A stretch of DNA of 64,000 bases from an uncultured Phycisphaerales bacterium (GTDB lineage: Bacteria > Planctomycetota > Phycisphaerae > Tepidisphaerales > Tepidisphaeraceae): the NCBI GenBank assembly GCA_963844715.1, contig CAWJPJ010000008.1:640001-704000 (forward strand), in the 5' to 3' direction. Numbering within the stretch: the stretch's first letter is position 1; each line of letters starts with the position of its first letter. The position numbers were made by a program, and so were the translations under genes. This document shows, one piece after another, positions 1-11,862 of this stretch. The notes below the pieces were generated by a model. It was not told where the DNA came from. It searched no databases and saw only the letters and a program-made list of their open reading frames with translations.

Positions 1-540
1 AGAGGAGAGGGGTTCGGGGACGGAGGCGGTGGCCGTTCCTGCCTCAACCCCATCGCTAAAGTTGACGAGAGTTACCGACGAGTTGAGTGCGGCTCCGTAC
101 GAAAAGGTGCTGTCTATGAAATCGGTTGCAGCCGCATTTCCGTCCACAAGGCTGTCGTAATCATTTAACTCGTCAGTGGGCGAAGATCCCACGACGGAGG
201 AGTAAGGTTGGCCTACCGCCAGCGTGGGGTCCCGAAATCCGAAAGTGATCCCACCCGTGGCGTATGAGCCGACAATGGAATACGCAACTACGTCGGTGGC
301 AGGAACGGAAAAATCCAACGTGGTGCCCGGGGCAGTGATGTTCCCCAGGGAATAATAGTTGAAACCCGGCGTGCCGCTTCCGTATAGGTATAGGAAATAC
401 GCATCGTTGAGCGGACTACTGTCCGTGATGGTGAGATGAATTCCCTCGGTAGGGCTGGCGGTGGCGACGGGAGCGGCAACCCATGACGTAGCCAAGCCAG
501 CGGCGAGGCAGGCGCTTTTAAACCCTGTACCCTTTACCAT
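1..540 (-). CDS. PEP-CTERM sorting-domain exoprotein (3' end runs off the window)
   Basis: Not in the ORF track. Hand translation from ATG at 540, with GAGGGAAGGA upstream: MVKGTGFKSACLAAGLATSWVAAPVATA (signal peptide)...GTATASVPEPLSS. The frame is open to base 1. Confidence 0.8.
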   Translation of the reverse strand, partial: MVKGTGFKSACLAAGLATSWVAAPVATASPTEGIHLTITDSSPLNDAYFLYLYGSGTPGFNYYSLGNITAPGTTLDFSVPATDVVAYSIVGSYATGGITFGFRDPTLAVGQPYSSVVGSSPTDELNDYDSLVDGNAAATDFIDSTFSYGAALNSSVTLVNFSDGVEAGTATASVPEPLSS

Positions 541-881
541 ATTTTCCTTCCCTCGAATGAATTGACGAGTACCTAGCTCCGCTGACAGCTTACCTCAGGG
601 AATCAGGCTCCCCCCTACAGGAATGCCCATTTCGATTTCGGATTTCGAGATTAACGACTCGTAAAGGGGAGGTCAACCAAAATGTCGAATGTTTTTTGCG
701 GACTTGTTTTCTCGTTTTGCGTCGGGCCGGGGTGAGAAATCGACAGCATGCGAGAAGAAATTGAAGGTGCTAAAACCAGAATAATCAGGGGCAATAACTG
801 GGGGATGAATAACGAGAATAACCAAGGACAGGCACCCACTTCTTCGTGACTTCGGGATCAGTCGCTTTTAAGCGATTTGCT

Positions 882-2642
882 TCAACCGTTGCGCCGACTG
901 GCTCGGAGGATTCCCGGAATAACGTATTCCCTCGCCACCACATCCCAGCTCATTTTACTTGCCAAAGCGAAGCCGCGTTCTATGAAGGGTTCGAATTCTT
1001 CGGGGGTGCGGGGGAGGCGGTTGACTAGTTCTATCGCTACGCGGCCGGAGACTTCGTGTTCCAGTTGATCGCGCTGGGGTTGGCCTATGGCCATGAGTTG
1101 CTCGGGGCGCATGCCTTTATTGGGGAGGTCGGTGTAATCGGCGACGATGACGTTGGGGGAGGGTTGGCCGCCGTTGGCTTTGTCTACGAAGCCGGCGCAG
1201 CCGCAGACGTTGGTGAAGATGCAGATGCCGCCGAAGCTGATGGGTTCTACCTGGGCGATGCCGAAGGGTTCGTAGATGCTTTGGCCGAACTCGGCGTCGG
1301 AGCCTTTTCGGATGTCCATGAATTCCATGTCCGCCGGCATGCGCACGCCGCAGGCTTTGGCGTCGAAGCCGAATTGGTTGATGAAGACGACTTTCACGTT
1401 TCGCGATCGGGCGTTGAATTCCTGCACGCCCTGGTAGTAGAGGGCTTCGCCGTTGGAGAGGTCGGGCAGACCCTCGCGGTGGACGACGGGCCAATGGTAA
1501 TGCTCTTCCATGCGGCGGATATCGTCGCCGCGACGGGCGGGGACCTCTGTGCTTAGGGTGAAGAGAATGGCCGTCTCGTTCCGCTGGCGCAGAATGCTTT
1601 CGACGTGTTCAAGCACGCGCAGATCGCGCCACAGGCCCTTGCTCGGGACGAGGCGCGTCACGTGCGAAAAGACGTAGTGCGGCTCGTAGCCCAGCAGCGT
1701 ATGGGCGTAAGCCTGCAGCTTCTTGCGGCTGGCCATCTTGTCGGCTGCGCTGATTTTCCAGTGCGGAACGCCGTTGTAGGCGACCTGGCTGTCCACGTGC
1801 ACGAAATCCGGGCCCATGAAGCGGATTTCCTTCAGCGTATAGTCCCCGACGGCGAAGATGCCGTCACAAAAACGGGCGGCTTTGACGAGCGAATATTTGT
1901 AGAACCCGCTTTGATCGCCGAAGACGTCTTCGAGGTAATGCCCCTGGCTGATCGCCTGGCGCATGACGTTATAAAACATGGTGTCGTGCCCGGGGTGGTG
2001 CTCGACGATGCGGCGCATCGGGGCCACTTCATGGGCGTAGAAGACGGTGCGGAAATTGCTGCGTTCCCCTTCGAGAATGGCGGCCAGAGCCGTGGGCATT
2101 CCCATGTATTCGTGGCTGAGGATCACGCACGGCTCGAGCTCGTTGCCGGCGCCCAGGTGGTTGAGGCAGGCGATCGCCGGCTTGGCGAGGCGCATGTACT
2201 GCTCGTAATCCCAGATGTGCTCGTACTTGCTGCTCTCGATGGCGAAGGTCTTCCAAAGCTCAAATTTGAACTGATTGATCTTTTCCTGGTCGTAATGGGA
2301 GACGTCGATCAGCAGAACCTCGGGCGTGCTGGTGACGCCGGTTTCCTTGCTGACGAATTTGCGGCGGCCGTAGACGATGGCGACGTCGAACTGTTGTTCG
2401 ATCTCGCGAAATCGCCCGGCCAGCGGGGAGCGGGAGAGGCTGTCGAGGCTGCTATATAGGACCTCGCCCTGGGGGCCGAGGCGCTTTTCGCCGCGCTCTT
2501 CGCCGGGCCAGTAAGGTCCGACAAGAATGTTGCGGGGAACCTTTTCGAGATATTCCTTGCTGGTCAGCAGCCCGTGCAGGACCGCGCCGATTCCGCCGAT
2601 TTTCTGGATCGCCTCATGCGTCACGTGGACGGCTGTTTGCAT
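882..2642 (-). CDS. GT3-family glycogen synthase-like glycosyltransferase
   Basis: 586 aa. N-terminal HEAIQKIGGIGAVL (E-x3-K-x-GG motif) and C-terminal SIYEPFG motif, as in GT3 glycogen synthases. Confidence 0.7.
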   Translation of the reverse strand: MQTAVHVTHEAIQKIGGIGAVLHGLLTSKEYLEKVPRNILVGPYWPGEERGEKRLGPQGEVLYSSLDSLSRSPLAGRFREIEQQFDVAIVYGRRKFVSKETGVTSTPEVLLIDVSHYDQEKINQFKFELWKTFAIESSKYEHIWDYEQYMRLAKPAIACLNHLGAGNELEPCVILSHEYMGMPTALAAILEGERSNFRTVFYAHEVAPMRRIVEHHPGHDTMFYNVMRQAISQGHYLEDVFGDQSGFYKYSLVKAARFCDGIFAVGDYTLKEIRFMGPDFVHVDSQVAYNGVPHWKISAADKMASRKKLQAYAHTLLGYEPHYVFSHVTRLVPSKGLWRDLRVLEHVESILRQRNETAILFTLSTEVPARRGDDIRRMEEHYHWPVVHREGLPDLSNGEALYYQGVQEFNARSRNVKVVFINQFGFDAKACGVRMPADMEFMDIRKGSDAEFGQSIYEPFGIAQVEPISFGGICIFTNVCGCAGFVDKANGGQPSPNVIVADYTDLPNKGMRPEQLMAIGQPQRDQLEHEVSGRVAIELVNRLPRTPEEFEPFIERGFALASKMSWDVVAREYVIPGILRASRRNG

Positions 2643-2757
2643 TGCTGTTTCCTCTCCGTACTGTATCGGCTAATTCCCGCTGGGGCGGGGAGTCGCAAAG
2701 TCTAACGATGCGACCGCTCCATTTGCAATGAAATCTCGCTTACAGGACCGATAGCCC

Positions 2758-3970
2758 GTGTCTTTCGCTTCAGGATCGCCTTCGCGCCGGTTACCGCAGC
2801 TTTTTCTGACCGAAGCCCTCGCCGCCCATGCATCCAACCTGCTGATGCTGGGAATCTTCTTTTATATGCACCGGCGTTTCGGGTGGGGGTCACTGGCGAA
2901 TTTATTGTTATCCGCTTCACAGGGTTGCGTCTACGTCGCCGGGGCGCTCTCTTCAAGTTTTTTTTCCTGGCGCATGGGACGCCGACGGCTCCTGCGGACG
3001 CTGAACGTTGCGATGGCGATTGTCATTTCGGTGGCGGCGTGCTGGAGCAATCAGTGGGTGATCGTCATCGTGCTTCTTTTTTACACGACCTTGTGCGCGG
3101 CGCAATGGCCGGCCCTGGAGAGCCTGGTCTGCGACGGCGCGGCGGCCGAGGAACTGGCGCGGCGGACCAATCTGTACAACCTCACCTGGGCGATCGTGGG
3201 CGCGGCAACCGTCGCGGCGAGCGGAACGCTCATCGAGATCTTCCCGCGCAGGATTTTCGTGCTGGCGGTTGTGGCGCATTTGATGTGCGGCATTCTGCTT
3301 CGCGTCGTTGCCGACGTTCCGCCGGCGCCTCCCGAGCATACGGCGCCGGAGCCGGAATTGGTTTCCCTGCGGTCCCTGGCGATGCTCCTTTCGCGCATCG
3401 CGCTTCCGGCGACGTACGCGGTGCTTTATGGAATCGGCGGCGCTGATGCCGACGCTCCCGGTCATCCGGGCGCTGAGCCCGCAGGTGCGCACGCTGGCCG
3501 GGTCCGTTTGGATGATGGCGCGGTTTCCGATTTTTGCATTTCTCGCTTTGACGACCTGGTGGCATACGCGGCCAAGAGCGCTCCTTGTGGCCAATGCGAT
3601 CCTGCTGGTCGCGTTTCTGGGGATCACGCTGCGGGTCTCGGAGTCGATGAGCGTGAATCTGGCCGTGATGGTGATCGCCCAAGTCACGCTCGGGGCGGCG
3701 ATGGCGCTGATCTACGCCGCGAGTCTCTACTTCGGAATGGTTCTGAGCGAGGGGAGCACGGAGCACGGCGGATACCACAAAGCGCTCATCGGATTGGGAT
3801 CAATCCTCGGTCCCGGCGCCGGGGCCATCGCGCAATGGGCCAACCCGCAAAAACCCGCCGCCGGAATCACGGCGATTGCCACGTTGTTGGGAGTCGCCGT
3901 CTTCGTCGCCGCGGTCGCCAGTTTAGTCGCCACGTTCACGCGGCGCGCCGCTTCCGAACAATCTCAATAA
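2758..3970 (+). CDS. MFS transporter (frameshift ~3430)
   Basis: Two hydrophobic multi-TM halves in ORFs 2758 and 3308; MFS-like loop SWRMGRRRLL. Confidence 0.7.
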
Positions 3971-4365
3971 CGCGGGTTTTTGGTCCGCGAGTTTTTATTC
4001 GCACGTCGATTCTTCGCGCGGGCAGTAATTTCGCGATTCGTTCCGCCCATTCGACGACGACGACGCCTCCCTGATCAAGCAATTCCGAAAATCCGATCGC
4101 CTCGAAATCCTCTTCGCCGCTGGTTCGATAGGCGTCGAGATGAAAAATCTTGTGTTTTTTTCCGGCGTAGACGTTGAGAAGGACGAAGGTCGGGCTGCTG
4201 ACGCGTTTGGCGTTCGCCCCCATGCCGCGCCAGCCCGCGCACGAATTGAGTTTTGCCCGCTCCGAGGTGCCCGTAGAGGGCGACGCATTCGCCGCCGCGG
4301 AATTGTCTGGCCAATTCCGACGCGATTTTTTCCGTCTCCCTGGGGCTTTTGGAGGTGTGCTTCAT
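3936..4365 (-). CDS. tsaE: tRNA t6A biosynthesis ATPase TsaE (frameshift ~4225)
   Basis: [35 protein letters not shown] and VVEWAE motifs. ATG overlaps the upstream stop (ATGA at 4362-4365). Confidence 0.9.
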
Positions 4366-5607
4366 GATGATCCGAAGACCGCCTGATGAAGCAATTCGAC
4401 GGGGTGAACGATGCGAATTGTTATGCCGCGATCTTGTGCCTGGGCCGCCAGATGCAGGGCGACACCCGGCATTTCCGGCGGCTACGATCTGGGCACCGGT
4501 TTTGGCGATTTCGTTCAGTTTGCGGTCCGCCAAATCACGGGCCATCTGCGGCTGGGTCAGGTTATACGTCCCGGCCGCACCGCAGCAGAGATCGCTTTCA
4601 GGCAGCGGGACAAGAGTGATGCCGGGAATTTTTGAGAGCAATCGCCGCGGCGCGCCGGTCACTTTCTGCGCGTGGGCTAAATGACAGGCATCGTGATAGG
4701 TGACGGTAGCGGCCACCGGCTTCATCGTCGGCAATTCCAAATCGTCCAGAACCTGGCAAATATCACGGGCCTTTTTTTCGAACTCCAACGCCTTGGCGGC
4801 ATATATCGGATCGTCGCGCAAAAACAGTCCATACTCCCTCAGCATCGCCCCGCAGCCGGCGACGGATGAGACGACATAATCCAATTTCCCCGCGGCTTCG
4901 AAGGCGTCGATGTTCTTGCGCCGAAGATGCGCGCGGTCTGGGCATCTCCGTCATGGTGATGCAGCGCGCCGCAGCACCCTTGCCCGCGCCGACGACGACT
5001 TCGGCCCCGCAAGCGGCCAGCAGTTCAACTGATTTTCGATTGACCTCGGAAAAGAGGCGCTTCCGACGCAGCCGGCGAAGAATCCGATCCGCGCCTTCGC
5101 GCCGGTCTTTCCCATATGCGTCGGCAAACTGGTCGGCCAAATCGGTCCCTGGCGCGGCAGCATTCTCATCAGCCCCCTGCGCCCGAAAATTCCCCACAGG
5201 CCGAGCCTTTGCAAAATACGCGGCGGCACCAGCGCGAATTTCAAACGCAGCGGGTAGGGCATCACGTGCCGGATTATCCACGCCGTGAATTTCGACGGCT
5301 CGGATCGCGGGAGCTTTTGCCGCGTCTCTTCGATCAGTTCGTGATAGATCACGTTGCTCGGGCAAGCGGTCTCGCAGGCGCGGCAATCGAGGCATGAATC
5401 AAGGTGCTTCCTGACCGGCTCCGTGGCGGAGATGTTCCCGTCGGAGACGCCGCGCATGAGTTGGATCCGCCCGCGCGGGCCTTCGGCTTCTAGGCCGGTT
5501 TCGAGATAAGTCGGGCAGACGGGCAGACATAACCCGCAATGGACGCACGAGAGCGCCCGCTGGTAAGTGCGCGGGTCGAGGCGGGTATTTGCCGCAATTT
5601 CGCTCAT
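4362..5607 (-). CDS. glcF: Glycolate oxidase iron-sulfur subunit GlcF-like (several frameshifts)
   Basis: [14 protein letters not shown] and [13 protein letters not shown] 4Fe-4S motifs; CCG-domain motifs YHDACHLAH and [10 protein letters not shown]-terminal HPVELL. Confidence 0.8.
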
Positions 5608-5679
5608 CGGGGTGACTCGCCTCCCTTTCGGCGATAAAGTATAACGTGACGCGACCGATCGCACCTTCACGGAGGATTC

Positions 5680-6801
5680 ATGCCCCCGCGCTCCATCAAG
5701 CTTTTCACCGTCGCCATCGCTCTTTTCTTTTTTGCCGCGGCCTGTCTGGCGGATGACTCCGCCACGACTCAGCCCGGGCCGGCGACCGAGCCTTCGGTTC
5801 AGGACGTCGTCGCCGACCTGACGACCGCGTCGCAGCAAATCGGCACGCTCATTCCGACGCCCAGCGATCTCTTCGATCCGGCGAAGCGAGCGCAATCGGC
5901 GGACCAGATGATTCCGCTATTGAAGCGCATCGACGCCGATTTTGCGACCCTGGCCCGGATTCAGCCGCAGTCCGCGGAACAGGCGATCACCAACCGCGTG
6001 CAGATTCACGCCATGCTCGTTTTGTACGGCGATTCATCCACCGAATCCGCGCTTCAGGAACTGGCGTCCAAATCCGTGCCGGGTTCGATTCCCGCGCAGA
6101 GTTCGCTGGTGCTGGCCGGTTGGTGGGAGAACAAAACCAATTCGAGGGAGCAGCAAAAATCGGTCGATCAGCTTAAGGCGCTGGCGCAGGCTCATCCGGA
6201 TGATCTGTCCGTCACGTCGGCAGCGCTGGCGATGGCGCAATCGCAAAGCAACGCCAACGCCGATCTGCTCGCCGAGGTGCAGAAGGTGCTCACCGACGAT
6301 CTCAAATCGCCCGAAGCGCAGGCCGTGGCCCAGGAACTGGCGGCGCAGCAAAAACTCGATTCCATGGTCGGCAAGCCGCTGGTCGTCTCCGGCCCGCAAC
6401 TCGGCGGCAAGCCCTTCACGACCGCCGATTGGAAAGGGAAAGTCATCCTCGTCGATTTCTGGGCGACCTGGTGCGGGCCGTGCATGGCGGAACTGCCGGA
6501 CGTCGTCAAAGCCTACAACGACAATCACGCCCAGGGTCTGGAAGTTCTGGGTGTATCCAATGATTTCAGCGCCGACGACCTGACAAAATTCCTGACGGCG
6601 CATCCGGAAGTCGCCTGGCCGCAGCTTTTCGACGCCGACGCCGCGAAGACAAATCAGTGGAACCCGGTCACGCTCGGCTACGGCATCAACGGTATTCCGA
6701 CGCTTTTCCTGATCGACAGGAAGGGGATTCTGCGAACCGTCGATGCCCGCGAAGACATGGCCGACATGATCCCCAAGCTGCTTCAGGAACCGGCGAACTG
6801 A
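5680..6801 (+). CDS. Secreted TlpA/ResA-family thiol-disulfide oxidoreductase with helical N-terminal domain
   Basis: Signal peptide; GKVILVDFWATWCGPC; YGINGIPTLFLID. Confidence 0.9.
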   Translation: MPPRSIKLFTVAIALFFFAAACLADDSATTQPGPATEPSVQDVVADLTTASQQIGTLIPTPSDLFDPAKRAQSADQMIPLLKRIDADFATLARIQPQSAEQAITNRVQIHAMLVLYGDSSTESALQELASKSVPGSIPAQSSLVLAGWWENKTNSREQQKSVDQLKALAQAHPDDLSVTSAALAMAQSQSNANADLLAEVQKVLTDDLKSPEAQAVAQELAAQQKLDSMVGKPLVVSGPQLGGKPFTTADWKGKVILVDFWATWCGPCMAELPDVVKAYNDNHAQGLEVLGVSNDFSADDLTKFLTAHPEVAWPQLFDADAAKTNQWNPVTLGYGINGIPTLFLIDRKGILRTVDAREDMADMIPKLLQEPAN

Positions 6802-7689
6802 TCCGGCGCTTTGAACGCGCTTGCCAGGCGGGACAAAACGGTGCGCTCCTCGGGACTGGGCGACCAGCGCGGGGGGTCGCCTCTCTTGAAAAAATAAACC
6901 GACCCGCCGACCTCGGCGGCGGATTTTCGATTGCCTCATCCTGCCCCGATGCGGTCCCCTTGACGATTCCGAACGCCGCGTCGGCGGACCAGCCGATTAA
7001 ATCTTTGGCGAAGTTCGATATTCGCGCCGGGGGCACGGAGGCGGAAAATCCCTCGGAAATAGGCGGCCAAAGTTTCGTCCGCAGCGCCATGTCCGCCTGT
7101 AAATCGTGGCGAAGAATTTCCAGCGGCCGATGCACGGCCAGTTCTTTGGCAAAAAAATCGATTGCCGCCGGGGAATCGAGCCAGCCGAGCCATAGCTCCT
7201 TCGAATTCAGTATTGCCCATCGCGGACGCAGCTTGGTCGGCAAGATCGTCCCAAGGAATTGATCGGAGGGTTCAAACCTTGCGGCGAGGGCGGCGGCGGG
7301 GCGTTTATACGTCCGCGTGGTGACCGCTTCGATTTTCCGAACAAGGCGCGTTGCCCGACCATGAATTTCGTCAGATCGTACCCCGCGACATTTTTGACCG
7401 TCCGCCCGCCGGCGGTGATCAATTCCCCGCTGTTTAAACGAAACTGGCATCCCAAAAGCAAATCCCGCCAGGCTCCGAACCCAAGCCGCAGCGACCCGCT
7501 GGAATTTTCCTCGACGAGCAGTCCAATGGGCAGATTCGCGTCGCCGTCGATCGGCAGCCATTGATCGAATTCACCGAGTTTTTGCTGAATCGCCGCGAGG
7601 GTCACATCGGCGGCGAACGTGGCCGTCAGGTCCGCGACGTGGCAATCGATCCCGCCCGCTGTCACCCACGGCTCGCGCGTCGTTGGCAT
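6783..7689 (-). CDS. glcE: FAD-binding oxidoreductase, GlcE-like (frameshifts ~7335 and ~6920)
   Basis: DLTAT, RDLLLG and GGRTVKNVAGYDLTK motifs of the FAD_binding_4/GlcE family. Confidence 0.7.
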
Positions 7690-7700
7690 TCCTTAATAGT

Positions 7701-8374
7701 CTATTCGACTTTGGCGATTTGGGTATTGCTGATGGCGTGCATGGCCCGCTCGATGGCATCCATCTCGTCGATCTGATTGGTTCCGTGCTCGGTGATGCGA
7801 TCGTAAAAGTTCTGCACGAGTTCCGAGGGATCGCGCACGCGGCCGATGTATTCGCGGGCGATTTGCCTTGCGGCTACGTTCAGGGCGTCGGTCGCGGCGG
7901 TCTCGGCGTCGGGGCCGGAGCCGTAAAAGTCCGTGCCGATGAGATTTGCGCAATGGCGGCGGCGACCTCGTCGCTGCGGGCGTAGAAGTGCTTGGCGATC
8001 ATGGCGTGGCCGTCTTCGTGAGCCATGATTTTTGTCCGGCCCGAAAGTCGATCCATTCGGTGATTTTCAGTTGCAGTGTGACGTGGATCGAATCGACGCG
8101 AACGGCCGTGACGACGTCGTCTCCGCTTGGGAATTGCATGAAGACGTGCCCCTGTACATTGGCGTGGCAGGAAAAATCGGCGACCGTCACGCCCAGCTCG
8201 TTCGCCTCGGGCGCGGGCATCTGGTGCGAGGGGACGCGGGTCGTAGAGGCTGGTGGAGCAAGCCGGCGGCGTTAAATCAATGGAAACGGGAACCGTTTGC
8301 CCCCGCGCCGAGGCGACGAATGACACGATCACGAATGCTGCCGACGCCGCCAGGACGCCTCGAAAATTGCTCAT
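7701..8374 (-). CDS. Secreted putative Zn-metalloprotease, DUF922-like (frameshifted)
   Basis: Signal peptide MSNFRGVLAASAAFVIVSFVASARG; AHEDGH (HExxH); C-terminal YDRITEHG, read across frames. Confidence 0.5.
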
Positions 8375-8479
8375 GACTTTTTGGTTCGGCGACGAGAATA
8401 TCGAAATTTCCAAAACAGTGTTAGACAAATTTTCCAGCCTGTGTACATTGGCCGCAGTCTGACGGCGGAGTCGCAAAAT

Positions 8480-8839
8480 ATGCCCAAATTAACCGTGGAA
8501 GGTGTCGGAACTTTCTTCGTCCCTGATGGGAAACGCCTGGTTCTGGCGCTCGAGGACGAGGCGAAGATCGATCAATTGCATTCCTGCGGCGGACACGCCC
8601 GGTGCACAACCTGTCGCGTGAAATTCATCTCCGGCGAGCCGGAAAAAGTCACCCAGGCGGAGCGAACCATCCTTTCGGCCCGTGGGCTTGGGGCCGAGGT
8701 GGGGCTGCGGCTGAGTTGTCAGATCAACTGCGACGCGGACATGCACATTGTGGCCGAAAGCCGCCTGGCCGGGAGCGGGAAGAAGGACGTGGGCCCGCGC
8801 CCGACGGATTCGATCACGCCGCCGCCGGTTTGGACTTGA
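8480..8839 (+). CDS. 2Fe-2S ferredoxin
   Basis: CGGHARCTTC...RLSCQ cysteine pattern; ATG at 8480. Confidence 0.9.
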   Translation: MPKLTVEGVGTFFVPDGKRLVLALEDEAKIDQLHSCGGHARCTTCRVKFISGEPEKVTQAERTILSARGLGAEVGLRLSCQINCDADMHIVAESRLAGSGKKDVGPRPTDSITPPPVWT

Positions 8840-8944
8840 TGGTGATGGGGAACGCGGTGCTGCGCATCACCGCTAAATGGGAAGCAAGTAGAAATTGACC
8901 CACTACCGAGTTGATTTGGGAAGGGGTCGCGTAAAATAGCATTG

Positions 8945-10056
8945 ATGCCGGAGATTCGCGTCGCCATCGCGGGAGTGGGGAACTGCGCCAGTTCGCTGGT
9001 GCAGGGATTGGCGTTCTACCGGGCCCACCCCGAGGGGCTGCTGTCTGAAATCGGGTTGAAGCACCCGGAACTGGGGGGCTGGCGGGTTTCGGACATTGTC
9101 CCCGTGGCGGCGTTTGATATTGATGCGCGAAAGTCGGGCGCCTCTCGAAGAGGCGATTTTTGCGCTTCCGAATAACACCAAGGAGATCGCCCGCCCGGTC
9201 CCGGGGACGGGCGTAACCGTCAAAATGGGCCCGGTGCTGGACGGCGTGGCGTCTCATTTGAGCGAATACCCAGCCGAATGGCGTTTTGAGCCGGCGGATT
9301 TGCCGCCGGTGGACGTCGCGGCGGAACTTCGATCGAGCGGGGCGGAGATTCTGCTGAATTATCTGCCGGTGGGGTCGAGAAAAGCGGCGGAGTTCTACGC
9401 CGAGGCGTGCCTGAAGGCGGGGGTGAGCCTGGTGAACTGCATGCCGGTCTTTATCGTTTCGGACCCTGCCTGGGCCAAACGGTTTGCCGATCGCGGCATC
9501 CCTTGCGTAGGGGATGATATCAAGGCACAGCTCGGGGCGACCATCACCCATCGGGCCCTGGCCCGGCTCTTCACCGACCGCGGCGTGCGCATCGACCGCA
9601 CTTACCAGCTCAACACCGGCGGAAACGCCGATTTTCTCAATATGCTCCAGCCGCCAGCGCCTGGAAGAGAAGAAGACGAGCAAGACGGAGGCCGTGCAGA
9701 GCCAGTTGAATGAGCCTCTGGATGAGCAAAACATCCACATCGGCCCCAGCGATTTCGTCCCGTTCCTCAAGGACAACAAAATCTGCTTCCTCCGCATCGA
9801 AGGCACAGGTTTCGGCGGCGTGCCGCTGGAATTGGAGCTGCGATTGAGCGTGGAGGATTCGCCCAATAGCGCCGGATCGGCCGTGGATGCGATTCGCTGC
9901 TGCAAGATCGCCAGGCAGGCAAAAATTGCCGGAGCGCTCGCCGCCGCGTCCGCCTGGACGATGAAAAGGCCGCCGCGGCAGATGGGCGACACGGATGCAT
10001 TGGCTGCAATGACGGCATGGGTGGCGGCGGAAACCCGAAACCAGAAATCCGAATGA
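8945..10056 (+). CDS. ino1: myo-inositol-1-phosphate synthase (two frameshifts)
   Basis: [60 protein letters not shown]. Confidence 0.92.
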
Positions 10057-10158
10057 CGAATCAAATCCGAATGCCCGAATGACAAAATGGGGGGAATGCC
10101 CTTCGCTCATTTGGTCATTCGGGCTTGATTCGGATTTCTGGTTTCGGATTTCGGATTT
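10030..10158. repeat. Heptamer-built long palindrome (family B), copy 1
   Basis: GAAACCC/GAAACCA/GAAATCC/GAATGAC units mirrored by GTCATTC/GGATTTC/GGTTTC; related copies at 50018 and 61053. Confidence 0.85.
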
Positions 10159-10381
10159 TTCTCGCGCTTGCGCTTGAATTCGGACCCACATCATTACAAT
10201 ATCTGACCGATAAACCGGCATTGTCGAACCATCAATGCTGGGACTATTGCTCGGCCAATGGAGTGGCCGATAGACCGAATCGTTCCAGCCGTGCGCGTTT
10301 CACCGCGGCGGCGCGTTTCGGGCCATAGGAAAATTCTTTGATTCGTCGCAAAGATTTTCCGGCCCAAGGACGGGCAGAAAA

Positions 10382-11735
<1,354 letters not shown>

Positions 11736-11743
11736 ACTTTTTT

Positions 11744-11854
11744 CCCTCTCCCCATGTACTCATGGGGAGAGGGAAGGGTGAGGGGCAATTTTTCGAAGGT
11801 CGGAAGACGGCCCCTCACCCTAACCCTCTCCCCGGAGTACCGGGGCGAGGGGAC
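11744..11854. repeat. BoxC-like palindrome inverted doublet (family A)
   Basis: CCCTCTCCCCATGTACTCATGGGGAGAGGGAAGGGTGAGGGG, a short spacer, then CCCCTCACCCTAACCCTCTCCCCGGAGTACCGGGGCGAGGGGAC; lies between convergent murA and mqnD. Confidence 0.9.
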
Positions 11855-11862
11855 CAAACCCC

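Noticed and set aside
4075..4884. Apparent GlcF-TsaE fusion ORF
   Set aside because: Produced by a frameshift near 4465; the repaired glcF ends at TGA 4362 overlapping the tsaE ATG.
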